Source: an uncultured Pseudomonadales bacterium (GTDB lineage Bacteria; Patescibacteriota; Microgenomatia; UBA1400; PJMF01). From it: 64,000 nt of DNA. This document shows positions 59,279-64,000 of this stretch, piece by piece. Every line of letters starts with the position of its first letter. Within the stretch, counting starts at the first letter, position 1. The position numbers and the translations under genes are program-made. The notes under the pieces are model-generated. The model had not been told where the DNA came from, ran no database searches, and saw nothing but the letters and a program-made list of their open reading frames with translations. The stretch is from positions 1,618 to 65,617 of the forward strand of contig CAYVBW010000001.1 of assembly GCA_964449995.1 (NCBI GenBank), written 5' to 3'.

Positions 59279-61297
59279 CTAATTGTTGGGAGCCTGGTAG
59301 TCTTCAATTGAGTGCTGACCCTGTCTTTTGGTTTGTGCTGGTTGGGCTTGTGGTGTTTGTCGGACTGGTGGCTCTTGTGGACCTTGAGAGTCTGCGTTGT
59401 GCACCTGCTTATCTTTATATTGTTGTAGGTATTGTTTTAAAACTGGAGAGCTGGCTTGACTAGTATCATCTTCGTCGGAGGTTGTCTCTCTCTCTGCTTT
59501 TCTAGCAAACAACTCTCTGGGGTCGGTGGTGATTACCTGGTGTTCTTCGGGACTAGCTACCACCCTCAGAGCCACGTGGTTTTGTCCAGCAAAAAAGATT
59601 CCTTCGCCAATGTCGGCTGACACAAGTAGTTGGCGCTCACCCTGAGAGAGATAAAATGTGTCTGCCAGCACAGGAATTGAGGCAGATGATTGTCTCATGA
59701 GTAATTTAATTGAGGCATTGGAAACAATGGCCTTACCATATTGGTTGTGAAGAAAATCTTCAACATCTTGAGTTATTGTGGTGATGGCTAAATAGTATTT
59801 GCGAGCCCTCTTTGCCATGGAGTATACAAAACGAGCACTGTCGGGGTGTTGCATAAAATACCAGGCCTCGTCAATTACCAACAACCTTTTTTTAAAATCT
59901 TTTTTAATTTTTGTCCAAATAAAATCCAAAATAATATACATCGCAATCGGCCTAAGTTCATCCTCCATTTCTTTGACACTAAAAACAGTGAGGGGATTGT
60001 GGATGTCAACATTTGTTGGTTGATCCAAAATTCCTCTAAAAGAACCGGTAATAAATTTTTCTAGTCTGGCAGACAAGTTGTCTGCGTCAGCATTTTCCAT
60101 ACCGACTAAAGCCTTATACAAATCCTCCATTAGCGGAGGAACGTTGTTTTGCGTTGCAGGATCGGGGGTTATTCCCTTTGCTTTGTAGGTTGCAATAAGG
60201 GCTCTATCAAGTATCGCCTCTTGTTCTGCAGTCATTTCACCCAACATAACCTTTAGTAGACCATGTAGTGATAGAACCTTTTGACCCAACTCGTTGGATC
60301 CCTCTTCATAAATTTGTGACAAGTCAAAGGGATTAATTTTGGAGTTTCCATCAAAGGTAAAGTTAATGTATTCTCCACCCACCATTTGACACAATTCTTC
60401 GTATTCGTGTTCTGGGTCTAGCACAATAACTTCAGTGTCGAACATGAGTTGCCTTAGTATCTCCACCTTAACAGCATAGGACTTGCCAGCTCCAGATTTG
60501 GCCAAAATTAACATGTTGTAGCTCTCCATTTGAAACCTGTCAAAGATAACTAACGACTCGTTGTGTTCGTTAATTCCATAAAGAATTCCTTCATCCATCG
60601 TTAACTCCGATGAGGTGAAGGGAAAGGTAGTTGCCAGAGAGGTGGTATCCATGTTTCTCGTTATTTGAAGACGATCAACGCCCATAGGGAGTGTGGTTTT
60701 AAAGCCGTCGTCCATTTGTAGGGTTGCTTTTTTGGAAACTATTAACAAGGCTCCTAGGGTTGATTGGACGCTTTTGGTAATGCGATCCAGCTCTTTAACA
60801 GAGTTGGCGTTAATAGTAATATATAAACCAAATTGATAGAATCTCTCGGCTCCGGCTGCAAGTTGTTCGCGAATAGCTCTGGCATCGTTGAGCTTGATTT
60901 CGGTGCTGATGTTGCTTATTTTTCCAGCACGAATGTCCGACTGAACCTCTGCCTCCATTTCAGTAATTTTACGTTTTAGGCTATCTAAGATTTCACTGCT
61001 ATCCATGGGAAAAATAAACATAGATGTGTTGATTTGATGGGGGAAATTAATCAGGGGAGACAGCCAGTTTGCTGGAACCGATCGTGGATAGCCCGCTACA
61101 AAAAGAGTTCGAGAGTAGGATGAGTTAATTTTTTGAAAGGTAAAGTCAACCTCAATTGCTTCAGGGGCAATGATATCTTCAACCGTAACCAGCCCTCGCG
61201 AGAATTCTTTAATTTTTTCCAACTCATCTTGTCTTTGATCTTCTTCTGGTTTTGGCTTGTCTTTTTTTAAGAATGGTAAAGATAAATTTAGGTTCAT
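59279..61297 (-). CDS. VirB4-like secretion/conjugation ATPase (start revised to ATG 61297)
   Basis: FPFTS, YGIN, AKSGAGKSY, DPEHEY, INPFD, IDEAW, RARKY, TQD. Confidence 0.9.
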   Translation of the reverse strand: MNLNLSLPFLKKDKPKPEEDQRQDELEKIKEFSRGLVTVEDIIAPEAIEVDFTFQKINSSYSRTLFVAGYPRSVPANWLSPLINFPHQINTSMFIFPMDSSEILDSLKRKITEMEAEVQSDIRAGKISNISTEIKLNDARAIREQLAAGAERFYQFGLYITINANSVKELDRITKSVQSTLGALLIVSKKATLQMDDGFKTTLPMGVDRLQITRNMDTTSLATTFPFTSSELTMDEGILYGINEHNESLVIFDRFQMESYNMLILAKSGAGKSYAVKVEILRQLMFDTEVIVLDPEHEYEELCQMVGGEYINFTFDGNSKINPFDLSQIYEEGSNELGQKVLSLHGLLKVMLGEMTAEQEAILDRALIATYKAKGITPDPATQNNVPPLMEDLYKALVGMENADADNLSARLEKFITGSFRGILDQPTNVDIHNPLTVFSVKEMEDELRPIAMYIILDFIWTKIKKDFKKRLLVIDEAWYFMQHPDSARFVYSMAKRARKYYLAITTITQDVEDFLHNQYGKAIVSNASIKLLMRQSSASIPVLADTFYLSQGERQLLVSADIGEGIFFAGQNHVALRVVASPEEHQVITTDPRELFARKAERETTSDEDDTSQASSPVLKQYLQQYKDKQVHNADSQGPQEPPVRQTPQAQPAQTKRQGQHSIEDYQAPNN

Positions 61298-61316
61298 GTT
61301 TTTGTATAGAAACTCA

Positions 61317-62651
61317 TTATTTGATTTCAGGAATTGGCGGGGGTGGCTCTCCTCCTTCTTCGCCAATTTGAGCATTACCCTCTTCGTTTATATTGATATT
61401 GGGTTGCGTCGTTGTTGTTTTGGATTGGTCTTTGGCGCCAAAAACATTTATTTCTTTTAGTGCGCCGTTAACCACTTTTTGTACATCTGGGTCGGGATTT
61501 TTTGTTTCTTGATTTAGGTTGCTGGTTTTTGCTTTCGTGCTTGGACTTGTTGTGGAGTTGGTGTCTCTCTCGTTTGCTGAATTATTTTTCAACTCAGCAT
61601 TTTCTTGGGTGGGAGGAGCAAACTCAAAACCATCGATGTTTTCCTGGATGTTGGGTTGTTGTACTTCTTGCTGTTGAACTTGTGGGACCTGCTGTTGGGT
61701 TTGTATTACTTGCTCAACAGAGGGTGGCTGCATTTCAGAGAGTGGTTCCTTTGGTTGGGTTTGGATGGGTGGTGGCTCTACTTGGGTGGTTTGGCTAGTT
61801 CCAACTGCCTGTTGGGGCTGGGTTTCAGCATTAAGTACCACCCGCCCTTCTGAGCTTTGTGTTAAAAGCTCAGGTTTGTTTGTTTGAATCTCAACAGGAT
61901 TTGTTTGAGCTTGAGCTTGAGTCTGAGCTTGAGTTTGAGCCTGAACTCCTGTGCCAGACTCATCTTGCATTAGGCTTGCTTTTACCATCGCGGTTTGATA
62001 TTCGCTGCTGTCTGCCACACCAAAACCCTCGCTGGCCTCTGGATTATAGCTTGTATAAAAAACCTTAATTATTTCTTGGGTGGTGAGTTGTCTGGAATAA
62101 AGACCAATTCGCGCAAATTGTGAGATAAGATGGTCTCTTCTTGGTTCTAAAATTGATTGGGCTTTGTCTACAATTAGTGGTTTTTCATATTTGTTGATAT
62201 CAAAATCACCCCTGCCTGGAATGACACTATCAACACTAAGCAAACCTAGTTCTAGGGGTGTTGCTGGCACTGAAACATAAAAATTTTTATCCAACACGTT
62301 TCTTTCTTGAATTAAGTTGGTTACAAATCCACGATAACGGGCAATTCTTTCTTTTTTTTGAGTTGATTGAGACTCTTCTTCTTTTTGTTTGAGTAGGTTT
62401 AGGTAGTTGGTTACGTCTTTTGTTTGAGATTGAATTACAATTTGAATTGGATAATTTAAAGAGTTGAGGAGGGCTGCGTAGGTGTAAATTATGGCATCTT
62501 GCTCTTCTTCAGCAAGAAGGCCAAAGTTCATAGCCCCTACAGTAAGAATAAAGCAGGTGGTGCCGTCTTTTAAAATAACAAGGTCATTGGTTATGTCGTG
62601 TATCTCAAGAAATTCTTGTGCGGTGGCTTTGGTTTCGGATCGAGCAGACAT
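61317..62651 (-). CDS. T4SS accessory protein with VirB4-N-like domain and Q/T/P-rich tail
   Basis: TAQEFLEI, NFGLLAEEEQDAII..Y..LLNSL; located between prgI-like and virB4-like genes. Confidence 0.75.
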   Translation of the reverse strand: MSARSETKATAQEFLEIHDITNDLVILKDGTTCFILTVGAMNFGLLAEEEQDAIIYTYAALLNSLNYPIQIVIQSQTKDVTNYLNLLKQKEEESQSTQKKERIARYRGFVTNLIQERNVLDKNFYVSVPATPLELGLLSVDSVIPGRGDFDINKYEKPLIVDKAQSILEPRRDHLISQFARIGLYSRQLTTQEIIKVFYTSYNPEASEGFGVADSSEYQTAMVKASLMQDESGTGVQAQTQAQTQAQAQTNPVEIQTNKPELLTQSSEGRVVLNAETQPQQAVGTSQTTQVEPPPIQTQPKEPLSEMQPPSVEQVIQTQQQVPQVQQQEVQQPNIQENIDGFEFAPPTQENAELKNNSANERDTNSTTSPSTKAKTSNLNQETKNPDPDVQKVVNGALKEINVFGAKDQSKTTTTQPNININEEGNAQIGEEGGEPPPPIPEIK

Positions 62652-62778
62652 ACCAAATAGTATAAATCAATTATTGTTGATTAACAAACCAGACTCTAAA
62701 ACTAAAAAACAATTTATAGCTTTTAACTGTTTTCTAAAATAATTTCGCGATAAACAAGAATTCTTAAGCAAATAAAAA

Positions 62779-63801
62779 TTAAACTTTAGAACTAATTTCT
62801 ATTGGGTCAATAATTTTGCCAGACAACTCTATTTTTTGGGAGTCAAACTCCAGTCCGTCCTTTTTAATATTTAAAAGATATTCACCATTGCTGAGTTGTT
62901 GGGAGATGTTGAACTGTCCCAAGGAGTTGCTTTTAACAGCGGTAATTGTTTGTCCTTGGGCATTTTGCACCTCTATTAAGGCTCCACCAACCAACTCTTT
63001 GTTGGGAGTAACAACCATTCCCACTAGTCGATTAGGGTGGGTGGGTTTGCTGGGAAAAGGAAGGTCTTGGTTTTGGCTAGCTGTTTTGATTGATTCATCT
63101 GGGTTTTGATCAGTTTGGGGATTGTTTTTTTTAGGGCTGGGTTTAAGAGCTTCGGACGTATTGGCGAGTTGAATATTTTGACTAAGAGTTGACTCCTGTT
63201 TTGCAACTGGTGGCGCTGAAAAAACCACTGCATCGGTGGGTGCGGGCTTAATTTTTCTGGCCCTTACTTGTAGGTTGGGCTTGGTGGCTTTTCGAACAGG
63301 GTTTTGTTCAACTTGAACTTGTTGAAAATTTTGTAGTATTTGATTTACGCGTTGATCTTGGGTTAAGTCAAACTCATCTTTGTTGTCCGTGGTTGGTTCT
63401 ACTGATTTTAAAAATTGTTGGATTTTATCTCTTTTAATATGAGAGGTGTCAATTTCTGTAGTGGGGGTGGTGTCTTGTTCTCCGGTTTTGTGCTGAAACG
63501 CATCTGGGACTTTGGGTTTTTTTTGCCAATAAAATTTAGTTGGTTTATATAGGGTTTTGATGAAGGTAATAATCCAGTGGTCTAGGGGTCTTTCTTCAAT
63601 GGGTACAAAAGCAGCTGCAAAACCAAGTGCAAAAAAAGTTATAGATAAGGGCCACTTTATAAAATCCGGCAGATTGGTTTTGTAAAAAACAAAAGCAACA
63701 ATGGTTCCAAGCAATATCATGGCAAACTGCTTAAGGGTCATGTTGCCTATTAGGTGAAACCTATAGCCGGTGATGTCTTGTGGTATCGGGTGTTCTCTCA
63801 T
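62779..63801 (-). CDS. PrgI family membrane protein with C-terminal beta-sandwich
   Basis: HPIPQDI..Y.F.LIG.MTLKQF, two TMs, RPLD.W; C-terminal GALIEV..KSNSLGQF. Confidence 0.85.
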   Translation of the reverse strand: MREHPIPQDITGYRFHLIGNMTLKQFAMILLGTIVAFVFYKTNLPDFIKWPLSITFFALGFAAAFVPIEERPLDHWIITFIKTLYKPTKFYWQKKPKVPDAFQHKTGEQDTTPTTEIDTSHIKRDKIQQFLKSVEPTTDNKDEFDLTQDQRVNQILQNFQQVQVEQNPVRKATKPNLQVRARKIKPAPTDAVVFSAPPVAKQESTLSQNIQLANTSEALKPSPKKNNPQTDQNPDESIKTASQNQDLPFPSKPTHPNRLVGMVVTPNKELVGGALIEVQNAQGQTITAVKSNSLGQFNISQQLSNGEYLLNIKKDGLEFDSQKIELSGKIIDPIEISSKV

Positions 63802-63854
63802 GCAGGGTTAGTATTTTTTGACAATCTTTAAGGCGATGTTTAATTTATATGGTA

Positions 63855-64000
63855 TTAGTTTCTATCTTCTATGGCAATTGCTGGAGTGATTAATACACCC
63901 TCAAACTTTTGGTTGTTTTTATCAATAAAGTTTCCCTCAAACCTATAACAGGGGTAGATGAGATTTAGTGCGGGGTCAATTCTATATTCTAAGTTGGTCG
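63855..64000 (-). CDS. C-terminal end of a hypothetical protein (partial)
   Basis: Open frame ...LIYPCYRFEGNFIDKNNQKFEGVLITPAIAIEDRN-stop. Confidence 0.6.
   Translation of the reverse strand, partial: TNLEYRIDPALNLIYPCYRFEGNFIDKNNQKFEGVLITPAIAIEDRN

Noticed and set aside
61905-61945. Hexamer repeat as a phase-variation tract
   Set aside because: In-frame degenerate repeat encoding QAQTQAQT in a disordered linker
20876-63801. Integrative conjugative element or prophage
   Set aside because: T4SS-like genes are interspersed with core genes and oriC; no integrase, relaxase or phage structural genes
1-64000. Alternative genetic code (UGA=Gly)
   Set aside because: Conserved genes are full length under code 11 and some end correctly at TGA (HMG-CoA synthase, dnaA, yidC)

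Overview
AT-rich bacterial chromosome segment with the hallmarks of a Patescibacteria (CPR) genome, most likely the Microgenomates group (inferred from gene content). It starts in the 5' end of a 23S rRNA preceded by tRNA-Ala but no 16S, and contains the replication origin (dnaA-oriC-dnaN followed co-directionally by rpmH-rnpA-yidD-yidC-jag). Housekeeping genes include rpsA, pgk, pth, recF, valS, rplY and uppS. Accessory content: a 1711-aa DUF2341/Gly-rich/multi-LamG surface protein; Cys- and Pro/Thr-rich surface proteins; a MacAB-type ABC exporter; an ArsR-led operon of Cys-motif proteins with two visible operators; seven tandem VirB2/TrbC-like pilins with dispersed VirB4, PrgI and VirD4-like genes; an archaeal-type mevalonate operon missing its middle steps; and a tRNA-Ile with a UAU anticodon. 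Two signals are least explained. (1) Abrupt synonymous C-rich to G-rich switches in the conserved hinges of the LamG gene bracket AT-rich variable cores and suggest cassette-like domain exchange. (2) At least five modular hairpin-rich intergenic elements share conserved ends and often abut outward-reading start codons. All calls come from motif recognition by eye; no searches were run.
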